64,000 nucleotides of DNA, from contig JBBIML010000006.1 of NCBI GenBank assembly GCA_037444405.1, positions 96,001 to 160,000 of the forward strand, written 5' to 3'. The notes under the pieces are model-generated. The model did not search any database. It saw only the letters and a list, made by a program, of their open reading frames with translations, and was not told where the DNA came from. Source of the DNA: Armatimonadota bacterium. GTDB taxonomy: Bacteria > Armatimonadota > Fimbriimonadia > Fimbriimonadales > GBS-DC. Every line of letters begins with the position of its first letter. The stretch's first letter is position 1. Both the position numbers and the translations under genes were made by a program. Below, one piece after another: positions 20,593 through 29,261 of this stretch.

Positions 20593-21648
20593 ATGCAGAT
20601 GCGGCTCTCGGTTGACGATCTGGAAAGCCTGATTCGCCTGCTGGACGAGCATCCCGAATGGCGGGAGGCGTTGCAGGAGCGATTAATGACCGAGCAGGTT
20701 CTGCTTCGCCTGCTGCAGCAGAGAGCAGACCTGCGCGAGGCGGTACGCCGTCTCGTGCTGACCGATGAACTGCTGGAACTGCCCGCTCTGGTTCGGGAGT
20801 TAGTTGAGGCTCAGCGGCGCACGGAGGAGCGGTTAGCCGAGCTGGCGGTGCAGATGGACGCCCGCTTTGCTGAGCTGGCAGCGGAGGTTGCCGAGTTAGC
20901 CCGGCGCACCGACGCCCGCTTCGCTGAGTTAGCCGAAGCGCAGCGGCGCACGGAGGAGCGGTTAGCCGAGCTGGCGGCACAGACGGACGCCCGCTTCGCT
21001 GAGTTAGCCGAAGCGCAGCGGCGCACGGAGGAGCGGTTAGCCGAGCTGGCGGCACAGACGGACGCCCGCTTCGCCGAGTTAGCCGAAGCCCAGCGGCGCA
21101 CGCAAGAGCAGGTGGCTCTGCTGGTAGAAACCCAGCGGCGGATAGAGGAGGAACTCGCTCAACTGCGTCAGGATGTCCACGACCTCAGAGAGTGGCGGCG
21201 GGGCGAGGAGGGACGACGCGCGGGCGAACGCTTCGAGATCCAGATTATCAAACGCGCCCCGCGTCTGCTCAACGGCGGCGATGGCGGACGAACCGAAGAA
21301 CCCCATGTGCGCCAGCGACTGACCCAGTGGCTGCGCAATCTCCAGCCCGCCGAGATTGAGGACGACTTCGACGGCGAAAAAGACCCCACCTTAGCCGACC
21401 TCATCTGGTGGAAAGACAGCCGGGTGGCGGTGATAGAAATCTCGCTCAAGGTGGACGGGCGTGATGTGATGCGCGCCCGCCAGCGAGCCGACACCCTGCG
21501 GCAGGCGGGTGTGGATGCTATCCCCCTCGTCATCGGCGAGGAGTGGGCAACGCCCGATTCCCGACTGCTCGCCGAGCAAAACGGCGTCGAATGGATGCTC
21601 AAGGGCGACCTCTCGGCGGGCATCATCGAGTTCCGTCAGCTTCCGTAG
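20593..21648 (+). CDS. Coiled-coil repeat protein with C-terminal PD-(D/E)XK-like domain
   Basis: N-terminus 'LIRLLDEHPEWREAL' resembles the 16295 protein; C-terminus ADLIWW..VAVIEISLKV..DVMRARQRA. Confidence 0.65.
   Translation: MQMRLSVDDLESLIRLLDEHPEWREALQERLMTEQVLLRLLQQRADLREAVRRLVLTDELLELPALVRELVEAQRRTEERLAELAVQMDARFAELAAEVAELARRTDARFAELAEAQRRTEERLAELAAQTDARFAELAEAQRRTEERLAELAAQTDARFAELAEAQRRTQEQVALLVETQRRIEEELAQLRQDVHDLREWRRGEEGRRAGERFEIQIIKRAPRLLNGGDGGRTEEPHVRQRLTQWLRNLQPAEIEDDFDGEKDPTLADLIWWKDSRVAVIEISLKVDGRDVMRARQRADTLRQAGVDAIPLVIGEEWATPDSRLLAEQNGVEWMLKGDLSAGIIEFRQLP
20804..21105 (+). repeat. In-frame 75-bp tandem repeat (DARFAELAEAQRRTEERLAELAAQT)
   Basis: gacgcccgcttcgc recurs at 20911, 20986 and 21061; diverged copy upstream. 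Confidence 0.9.
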
Positions 21649-21672
21649 GGGCGCACCACCGTACGCCCCTAC
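21645..21672. repeat. GTAG-type REP-like palindrome overlapping a stop codon
   Basis: GTAGGGGCG-caccaccgta-CGCCCCTAC, a perfect 9-bp inverted repeat. Confidence 0.7.
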
Positions 21673-21710
21673 AGGAACCCTTCGGGCGTTTGGGCAGTAT
21701 AATCCTCACG

Positions 21711-22215
21711 ATGTTATTGACCATTACCACCACCTATCGTCCCGCGACCGATCTGGGTTATCTGCTGGGCAAGCATCCCGTGCAGGGGCGGTGAGCCGAT
21801 ACTGCGCGCGCTCGGCGTCCAAAGCGTGAAAGCGTGATCGACCTCGGCTGCGGCGAGGGCGACCTGCTCCTGCTGCTGATGAACGAGCCGATGCTGAAGC
21901 GCATTGCGGGGCTGGATGTCTCCCTGCGCGCGTTGCAAATCGCTGAGCGCCGCCTCAAGCGCCACCTGCAACAGGAGCGCATGCACCTCGCGCCGTAATC
22001 ATCACCACACCCAATCGCGAATATAACCCGCTCTATAGGCTGACCGGGACCCAGCGGCGCCATCCCGACCACCAGTTTGAGTGGACACGGGCGGAGCTGG
22101 AAAGCTGAGCGTCGTGCGTTGCGGAGCAGTACGGCTACCGCGTGCGCTTCATCGGCATCGGCGCCGAGCATCCCGAATATGGCTGTCCAACACAGATGGC
22201 GGTGTTTGAAAAGAA
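21711..22215 (+). pseudogene. hen1: Remnant of bacterial Hen1 RNA 2'-O-methyltransferase
   Basis: Fragments in different frames: [88 protein letters not shown]. Confidence 0.85.
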
Positions 22216-22690
22216 ATCCCGGAGCTATCGGTTGTGGTGCTGGTGGGGGCGTCGGCATCGGGCAAAAGCACTTTCGCCAGCCGATGGTTCGCGCCGACCG
22301 AGATTCTCTCTTCGGACGCCTGCTGTGCGCCTGAAGAGCTGAAGCCCACCCTGCAGGCGCGACTGGGAGTGCCTCCTGCGCTATCGCGACGCCTATCGCC
22401 ACTGCTGCTGGCAGGTGAACAGCCCCGACGACCTGCGCCTGGTTCAACCTGCGCTCAAGGTGCGCGGGCGCGAGTACCTGCGCATCATCTACGGCGCGGA
22501 ATACACCCTGCACCTCGAATCGCTGCGCGAGCGGGCGGTGGGGCGCAAGCGTGCGCTCGCCCTGCGCGAGTTCGCGCTCGGCATCGAGGCGCTGGAGCGG
22601 TTCGTCCGCTATGAGCCGCTGCCGCGCGTCCATCAGTGCGTGCTGGGCATCCTGGCGCTGGAAGCCGAACCTGTTGACCCCCGCCTGTGA
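22216..22690 (+). pseudogene. pnkp: Remnant of bacterial polynucleotide kinase-phosphatase-ligase Pnkp
   Basis: IPELSVVVLVGASASGKSTF..PTEILSSD (kinase N-terminus) joined to VQPALKVRGREYLRIIYG..KRALALREFALGIEALERF..EPVDPRL* (ligase C-terminus). Confidence 0.85.
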
Positions 22691-22730
22691 GCAGGAATCC
22701 CATAAAGCCGTGCCTGTGCCAGCGAATCAG

Positions 22731-22772
22731 CCCCCTCTCCCGCAGCGTGGGAGAGGGGGCTGGGGGTGAGGG
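22731..22772. repeat. Palindromic repeat CCCCCTCTCCC-loop-GGGAGAGGGGG-CTGGGGGTGAGGG
   Basis: Read directly; near-identical copy at 23568-23610. Confidence 0.85.
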
Positions 22773-22778
22773 ATTGCA

Positions 22779-23089
22779 TCAGAGAGTCAACTCCTTCACA
22801 ACAACAATTGACACCTCCTGTACTCTTTTCAATTCTGTATCATTTGTGAGAAAGGCGGTGCAGTTCGCCTGCAGCGCTGTAGCAATTTGTAAAGCATCGG
22901 GCAATTCTATACCGTACACTCCGCCAGCGTAATCACTGAGGTGATTGCTGTAATATCACCCGCGTCAATAGCTTGAAACAGCGGGGACACCAGCCCGTAA
23001 TAGAGCGGGTGCTTCTCCGCGTAGTAGATGATGGGAGCTGTGTCGAGAAACACGCGCGACAGGTCTGGAAGCAGGTCGGCTATTCGCAC
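22779..23089 (-). pseudogene. vapC: VapC/PIN toxin, internally deleted and frameshifted
   Basis: VFLDTAPIIYY...TSVITLAEC then, in another frame, YGIELPDALQIATALQANCTAFLTND; the PIN mid-section is missing. Confidence 0.85.
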
Positions 23090-23328
23090 TCTTTATCCTC
23101 CAGCAGCTGTTCGCGCTTGTGGGAGGCTTCGCGCCTTGTGCGCGAGACCCACTGCTGGGCATCCTCACCTGCGAGCGGATAGGGCGCTTTGCCAGCAATC
23201 TCTGCCCACTTGCGACGCGATTGCACCCCGCTAATCTGGCGATGCAGATAAGCCATCAGCTCCCGCAACTCGTCAGGGCTGAGCTGTTTGATTGCCTCCA
23301 TCAGGTGTTCCAGAGCTGGTGTTGCCAT
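23080..23328 (-). CDS. Putative type II antitoxin
   Basis: 82 aa, overlaps the vapC start; GGAGG RBS and TATAAT upstream; 'IKQLSPDELREL...DAQQWVSRTR'. Confidence 0.75.
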   Translation of the reverse strand: MATPALEHLMEAIKQLSPDELRELMAYLHRQISGVQSRRKWAEIAGKAPYPLAGEDAQQWVSRTRREASHKREQLLEDKECE

Positions 23329-23416
23329 GACATTGCCTCCATAAAGGATTATACCCTTTGCGCCTGAAAGGCGAGAAGGATTAAGTTAGACCCCTTTCAC
23401 GGCGCGAGAGTCTTGT

Positions 23417-23612
23417 CCCCTCACCTGCAGGCAGGGACGAGGGCGAATGAACTCCCTCTCCCCAAGCTTGGGGAGAGGGTTGGGGTGAGGAGTTTCCTGC
23501 AGGCGTGAGACACTTAGCCCCCTCACCCGCACCCTTTCCCCTGCAGGCGGGGGAGAGGGATTCAGAACTCTCCTCTCCTGCAGCGTGGGAGAGGGGGCTG
23601 GGGGTGAGGGCA
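23417..23612. repeat. Cluster of about four palindromic repeat units in alternating orientation
   Basis: ccctctccccaagcttggggagaggg..ggggtgagg; cccctcaccc..cccctgcaggcggggagaggg; cctctcctgcagcgtgggagagggggctgggggtgaggg. Confidence 0.85.
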
Positions 23613-23621
23613 AATACTCCC

Positions 23622-24017
23622 TCACTGCACTCCTGATAGCTCGTTCGGTAGCACCACAGCGAAGCCGCCGTACGCCAGCACCACCTCCACAGCGGGCAGG
23701 TCGTGCTCGGTGAACTCACCCAGCAGCACATAGTAGCTCGGCTGCAGCTGCTGCAGAAGCGATACCAGCTCGCCTTCCGACACCCTCACCAGATAATCGA
23801 TGGCGTCCAGCAGGGCGAGTTGCTCCGCATGGGCACTATCGGTCGTCAGCAGCGCGATAATCAGGCAGTCGCCAAGGGCGCGCGCTCGCTGCAGAAGGGT
23901 TGCTATCGCTGTGGATGGCTCCAGCCGCACGGGAGCCAGCACCACGACCCGATCCGCCTGCTTCAGGTCGGCGACCGCAGCCTGCAGCTGCTCTACGGAC
24001 ACGATTCTGGAGTTCAT
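23622..24017 (-). CDS. Degenerate RfaE/HldE domain-II (cytidylyltransferase-like) protein
   Basis: LLQRARALGDCLIIAL..LALLDAIDYLV..LQPSYYVLLGEF resembles HldE domain II, but there is no HxGH motif. Confidence 0.55.
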   Translation of the reverse strand: MNSRIVSVEQLQAAVADLKQADRVVVLAPVRLEPSTAIATLLQRARALGDCLIIALLTTDSAHAEQLALLDAIDYLVRVSEGELVSLLQQLQPSYYVLLGEFTEHDLPAVEVVLAYGGFAVVLPNELSGVQ

Positions 24018-24055
24018 CGGCAGCGCGCCCCGTTCGGTATTATACCGAGCCAGCG

Positions 24056-24907
24056 ATGCGGGTGGGCGAGGCACTGCAGGAAGCAGCAGGGCGATTGGCG
24101 GCGGCAGGCATACCCGACGCGGGACGCGAGGCGGAGCTGCTGCTCGCCGCCTGCCTGCGACGCGATCGGGCATGGCTGCACGCCCATCCAGAGCAGGTGC
24201 TTCAGCCCGCTGAACAGCGTCGCTGGGAGCGATGGCTGACCCGCCGCGCACGACGCGAGCCGCTGGCGTACATCACCCATCGCCGCTGGTTCTACGGGAT
24301 CGAGCTCACGGTGGCGCGGGGCGTGCTGATACCCCGCCCGGAGACGGAGCTGCTGGTGGAGCGGTTCCTGCGCTGGGCGGCAGAGCGAGGCACGGCGGGC
24401 GTGCTGGTGGATGCGGGCACAGGCAGCGGATGCATCGCGGCGGCATGCCTGCTGAACGCGCCACACTGGTGCGGAATCGGCATCGATCGGAGCCGTCGGG
24501 CGCTCCGAATCGCGGCTCGCAATCGTGCCCGACTGGGACTCTGCCGGCGGTGGCTGCTGGTTCAGGCGGACTGGCTGACCGCTCTGCGCCCTTTCAGCGT
24601 CGACGCGGTGCTGGCGAACCCGCCCTATGTGCTGCCCGACGAGTGGGCACATCTGGCGCCCGAGATCACGCGCTATGAGCCGAAACGCGCCCTGCTGCTG
24701 CCGCGCCGCGAGCCGCTACAACCCTATCGCCAGCTCATCCGGCAGGCGCGACAGGTGCTGAAACCGAACAGCGTGCTGATTCTGGAGACCAGCCCGACAC
24801 TGGCAGACCTGGTGGCAGCCCTGCTCGCGCAGCACGGCTATCGGCAGATACAGATCGATGCCGACCTCGCGGGGCTGCCGCGCGTCGTCAGCGCGGTCCG
24901 ACCCTAA
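24056..24907 (+). CDS. prmC: Release factor glutamine methyltransferase
   Basis: REPLAYI, VLIPRPETE, DAGTGSGCI, ANPPY, RYEP motifs. Confidence 0.93.
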   Translation: MRVGEALQEAAGRLAAAGIPDAGREAELLLAACLRRDRAWLHAHPEQVLQPAEQRRWERWLTRRARREPLAYITHRRWFYGIELTVARGVLIPRPETELLVERFLRWAAERGTAGVLVDAGTGSGCIAAACLLNAPHWCGIGIDRSRRALRIAARNRARLGLCRRWLLVQADWLTALRPFSVDAVLANPPYVLPDEWAHLAPEITRYEPKRALLLPRREPLQPYRQLIRQARQVLKPNSVLILETSPTLADLVAALLAQHGYRQIQIDADLAGLPRVVSAVRP

Positions 24908-26085
24908 GTCAGCCCCTGCTGGACCAGCTGCTCGGCGTTCTCGATGTTGCGAGCGACCTCGTTCAGGAACTCCGCGCCGCCCACGCCGTTAATCAGGCGA
25001 TGGTCAAAGGTCAGCACAAGGTTCACATGGGGCACGCCATCGATGGGGAAGGTATCGCCCGCGAACAGGATCGCCACCGCTGGCGCGACCAGCACCGGTA
25101 TCGCGTCGATCATCTGATAGCCGCCCATGTAGGTCAGCAGCAGCTGGATGGAGGCGTCCGCCTGATCCTCGCCCTGCCGCGCGCGCCGAATCTGCGCCTG
25201 CACCGCGCGGATGAAGCTCACAAAATCGAGCGCGGACGCCTCTTTGACCAGCGCGGTGACCAGCTCGTCGCCCGGTCGCGCGACGGCGATACCGAGGTTC
25301 ACATGCTTATATTCGCGCAGGGTGTCCTCCCCAATCAGCTGGGAGCGGAACTTGGGATGGTTGCGTGTTGCCTGCACCACGCAGTAGGCGAACACCTGAA
25401 ACTCGGAGGGCTGTACAGGCGCGCCTGGCTGCGATTTGAGCTGGCTGACCACGCGCTGGATGGCGTCCCAGCGGGCGGGACGCTTCAGCGTGGCAGGCAC
25501 CACCACCTGACTGCTGCGCTTGACCCGATAGATGAAGGTGCGCTGCTGCGGCGCGAGCGGGTAGTCGATATATTCGGCTTCGGCGACCGCTGCGGAGCGC
25601 ATGGCGAGATAGGCGTCGATATCTTCAGGCATGAGCTTGGTGCCGCTTGCAGCGGGGATACGGCGCAGCTCCTCTTCCGAGATGCCTTTCTCGCGGGCGT
25701 AGGCGCGCGTGCGAGGCGGGATGACCACCTCGGTGCGGGGTCCCATCAGCAGGGGTTCGCGGGGCGGTGCAGCGACGGTCTCCACCGCGGCGCTCGCTTC
25801 GGCGGCAGGCGCGGCGGGCGTCGCAATGGGCGCCTCCACAGCGCCCTCCACCTCGATGCGGGCAATCGGTGCGCCAATCGGCAAAATGTCGCCCTCCTTC
25901 GCCAGCCACTCCACAATCACGCCGCTGTAGGGGCTTTCCACCTCCAGCGTGGCTTTGTCGGTCTCCATCTCGTAAAGATGCTCATCCCGCTGGACACGCT
26001 CGCCCGGCTGCTTCAGAAAGCGCAGCACGCGCACCTCCTGCAAGCCTTCGCCCATCTGCGGCACCAGAATCTCCACAATCGCCAT
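24904..26085 (-). CDS. 2-oxoacid dehydrogenase E2 dihydrolipoamide acyltransferase-like protein
   Basis: Lipoyl domain (ETDKATLEVESP), peripheral-subunit-binding segment, LTFDHRLING catalytic motif. Confidence 0.85.
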   Translation of the reverse strand: MAIVEILVPQMGEGLQEVRVLRFLKQPGERVQRDEHLYEMETDKATLEVESPYSGVIVEWLAKEGDILPIGAPIARIEVEGAVEAPIATPAAPAAEASAAVETVAAPPREPLLMGPRTEVVIPPRTRAYAREKGISEEELRRIPAASGTKLMPEDIDAYLAMRSAAVAEAEYIDYPLAPQQRTFIYRVKRSSQVVVPATLKRPARWDAIQRVVSQLKSQPGAPVQPSEFQVFAYCVVQATRNHPKFRSQLIGEDTLREYKHVNLGIAVARPGDELVTALVKEASALDFVSFIRAVQAQIRRARQGEDQADASIQLLLTYMGGYQMIDAIPVLVAPAVAILFAGDTFPIDGVPHVNLVLTFDHRLINGVGGAEFLNEVARNIENAEQLVQQGLT

Positions 26086-26110
26086 CGTCTCTGCCCTCCA
26101 TTGCGAATAG

Positions 26111-26134
26111 GAGTATACCCCATCGGGTATACTC
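26111..26134. promoter_or_regulatory. Perfect inverted repeat forming back-to-back -10 boxes for divergent genes
   Basis: GAGTATACCC-catc-GGGTATACTC; each arm gives GGG-TATACT facing its own gene. Confidence 0.65.
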
Positions 26135-26151
26135 TCTCGTGGAGGGAAACA

Positions 26152-26931
26152 ATGCGAACCTTAATCGTTGCGATGGCAGGAGCTTTACTGATCAGCGGTC
26201 TGCCCGCCCAGGACGCCAAAGCGTTCCTGAAGCAGGTGCAGCAGAAGTATCGCCAGATGAAGTCGATGGAAGCCACCGTCGTCATCAATTTGCAAGCCAG
26301 TGGCGGCAGCACCTCCATGAAACAGCAGGCGCGTTCCTCGCTGGCGGTGCAGAAGCCGAACAAAGTGGCGATGAAGTCATCGGGCGACTCACCAATGGCG
26401 CAGCAAGAGGTCTATTCGGACGGCAAGAACCTCTTTATCTACATGCCCGCGATGAAGCAGTATCTCAAGCGACCCGCGCCGCCCAACTTCGAGGGTCCAG
26501 CCGCAAGCCTGCTCGGCTATCTCGGTATGCTGCTCGGCTTTGCCAACGAGAATCTGGACGATCCGAACTCGCAGGCGAAGTATGCGTTCAAGGGTAAGCG
26601 CACCATCGCGGGCAAGCCGACCCGCATCGTGGAAGTTACTGAGTCACGGCAGGGCATGAGCGCGAAAATACGCCTGTTTGTGGGCGAGCAGGACAAACTC
26701 ATCTATCGCCTGGAGATGGAGCAGCAGATTCGACCAGCATCAGGTCAGCAGGGTCAACCTGCACAACCGAGCCGCATGACCCTTCAGGCGGACATCCGGT
26801 ATATCAGCTTCAATAAGCCCATCCCTGCCAGCCGATTCCAGTTCACGCCGCCGAAGGGCGCCACCGAGATGCAGCTGCCCCAGCCCAGCGGCGCGCCGAC
26901 CACCCCACCACCCGGTGGCGGCGGACGATAA
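26152..26931 (+). CDS. LolA-like/DUF2092 periplasmic protein
   Basis: Signal peptide; QKPNKV, VYSDGKNLFIYMP and FNKPIPASRFQFTPPKGA motifs; GGAGG RBS. Confidence 0.75.
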   Translation: MRTLIVAMAGALLISGLPAQDAKAFLKQVQQKYRQMKSMEATVVINLQASGGSTSMKQQARSSLAVQKPNKVAMKSSGDSPMAQQEVYSDGKNLFIYMPAMKQYLKRPAPPNFEGPAASLLGYLGMLLGFANENLDDPNSQAKYAFKGKRTIAGKPTRIVEVTESRQGMSAKIRLFVGEQDKLIYRLEMEQQIRPASGQQGQPAQPSRMTLQADIRYISFNKPIPASRFQFTPPKGATEMQLPQPSGAPTTPPPGGGGR

Positions 26932-26951
26932 AACCCACAGGAGGTGATTAA

Positions 26952-27968
<1,017 letters not shown>

Positions 27969-27976
27969 CAGAGCGG

Positions 27977-29224
27977 GTGTGGCGGTATGCACCCCTTGCG
28001 ATAGTGGGGCTGCATATCGCGCTTGCGCTCCTTTATAATGCACGGACGCCGTTCGGCAACAACGGCTATGCGAACACGCCGGACGAGGGCGCGCACTTTC
28101 AGTATGTGGAGTATGTGGCGCGGGCGTGGCGCCTGCCCCTCTTTGAGGGCTATGCGGGGGTCGGCTATGAGGCGCACCAGCCCCCGCTCTACTACTTTCT
28201 GGCGGCGGTTCTCTATCACCTCGTGGGTGGCGCGGGCAAGGGCGTGCGGCTGCTTTCAACCCTCTTCAGCGCGGGTGTCGTGTGGCTCACATGGCTGTGC
28301 GCCCGTCGCCTGCTGCCCGACCGACCGCCGATCGCCCTCGTCGCGACGAGTTTCGTCGCCTTCCTGCCGATGCACATCGCGATTGGCAGCGCGGTGGGCA
28401 ACGACGCGCTCACCAATCTGCTCTTTGCAGGGGTTCTCTATGGACTGCTGAAGCGAGGCTCCAGTCATCCAGAGCGTCAGGCGTTGGGGGTGGGCGTTCT
28501 CGCAGGGCTGGCGCTGCTGACCAAAGCGACGGCGATACTGCTCCTGCCGGTTGTTGTGCTGGGCGTGCTGATGCAGGCGCGGCTGGACAGCGTAGGCTGG
28601 CAGATGAGTTTGAGGCGGGCTGGTCTCGCGCTTCTGCCTGCCCTGCTGATTGGCGGCTGGTGGTTCATTCGCAACGCCCTGCTGTATGACGACCCGCTGC
28701 TGCAAAAAACCTTCCTGAATGTGTTCGCGGGCACGGCGAAGGCGCAGGACTTCCTGCAGGCGGGCATGAGCGGGGGCGATTACCTGCGCCTTGTGGCAGA
28801 CTGGACATTCCGCAGCTTCTGGTTTGCCTACGGCACGCCGCGCACGGCGAACACAGGCGTGCCAAACTTCCTGCCATTTGGCGGCGTCTATCTGGCGATG
28901 CTGGTGTGGCAGCTGCTTGCACTGGTGGGGCTGGGGCGCGCCCTGCGCACGGTTCAGGAACGGCGCTCACGCCTCTGGCTGGCGCTGGGCGCGTTCACTC
29001 TCCTGCTGATTTTTGGCAGCTTCGTGCTTTTCGTGCGCATCTTCTTTCAGGCGCAGGGGCGATATTTTTATCCCGCGCTGGTGCCGATAGCCATTTTGAG
29101 CGCGCTGGGTTGGGACGGACTGCTGCCCGACCGCTGGCGCACGCTGGGGCACCTCACGCTGCTCGCTTTCTGGCTCCTGCTCGCCCTTGCCTGCAGCCTT
29201 TATCTAAGGGATCCCTGCGCCTGA
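27977..29224 (+). CDS. GT39/PMT-like membrane glycosyltransferase (DUF2142-like)
   Basis: PDEGAH, YEAHQPPLYY, VGNDAL, LALLTK and QGRYFYP motifs; start GTG 27977. Confidence 0.75.
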   Translation: MWRYAPLAIVGLHIALALLYNARTPFGNNGYANTPDEGAHFQYVEYVARAWRLPLFEGYAGVGYEAHQPPLYYFLAAVLYHLVGGAGKGVRLLSTLFSAGVVWLTWLCARRLLPDRPPIALVATSFVAFLPMHIAIGSAVGNDALTNLLFAGVLYGLLKRGSSHPERQALGVGVLAGLALLTKATAILLLPVVVLGVLMQARLDSVGWQMSLRRAGLALLPALLIGGWWFIRNALLYDDPLLQKTFLNVFAGTAKAQDFLQAGMSGGDYLRLVADWTFRSFWFAYGTPRTANTGVPNFLPFGGVYLAMLVWQLLALVGLGRALRTVQERRSRLWLALGAFTLLLIFGSFVLFVRIFFQAQGRYFYPALVPIAILSALGWDGLLPDRWRTLGHLTLLAFWLLLALACSLYLRDPCA

Positions 29225-29231
29225 AAGCCTA

Positions 29232-29259
29232 TGCGGAAGCTGCGCTTCCGCACTCCAAA
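29232..29259. repeat. Hairpin/REP-like element between convergent genes (possible terminator)
   Basis: TGCGGAAGC-tgc-GCTTCCGCA followed by CTCCAAA. Confidence 0.55.
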
Positions 29260-29261
29260 GC

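Noticed and set aside
20804..21105. Tandem repeats as a possible CRISPR array
   Set aside because: No unique spacers; units are in-frame and encode coiled coil; no cas genes in the window.
17331..23600. tRNA-Ser as an integration site for an island
   Set aside because: No integrase and no duplicated tRNA 3' end was spotted in the window.
23381..23731. Small ORFs across the repeat cluster
   Set aside because: Translations of the palindromic repeat (PSPLSH..GEG), not credible genes.
25000..26151. N-terminal extension of the 643-aa plus-strand ORF
   Set aside because: Antisense to the E2 gene; the true start is ATG 26152 with RBS and signal peptide.
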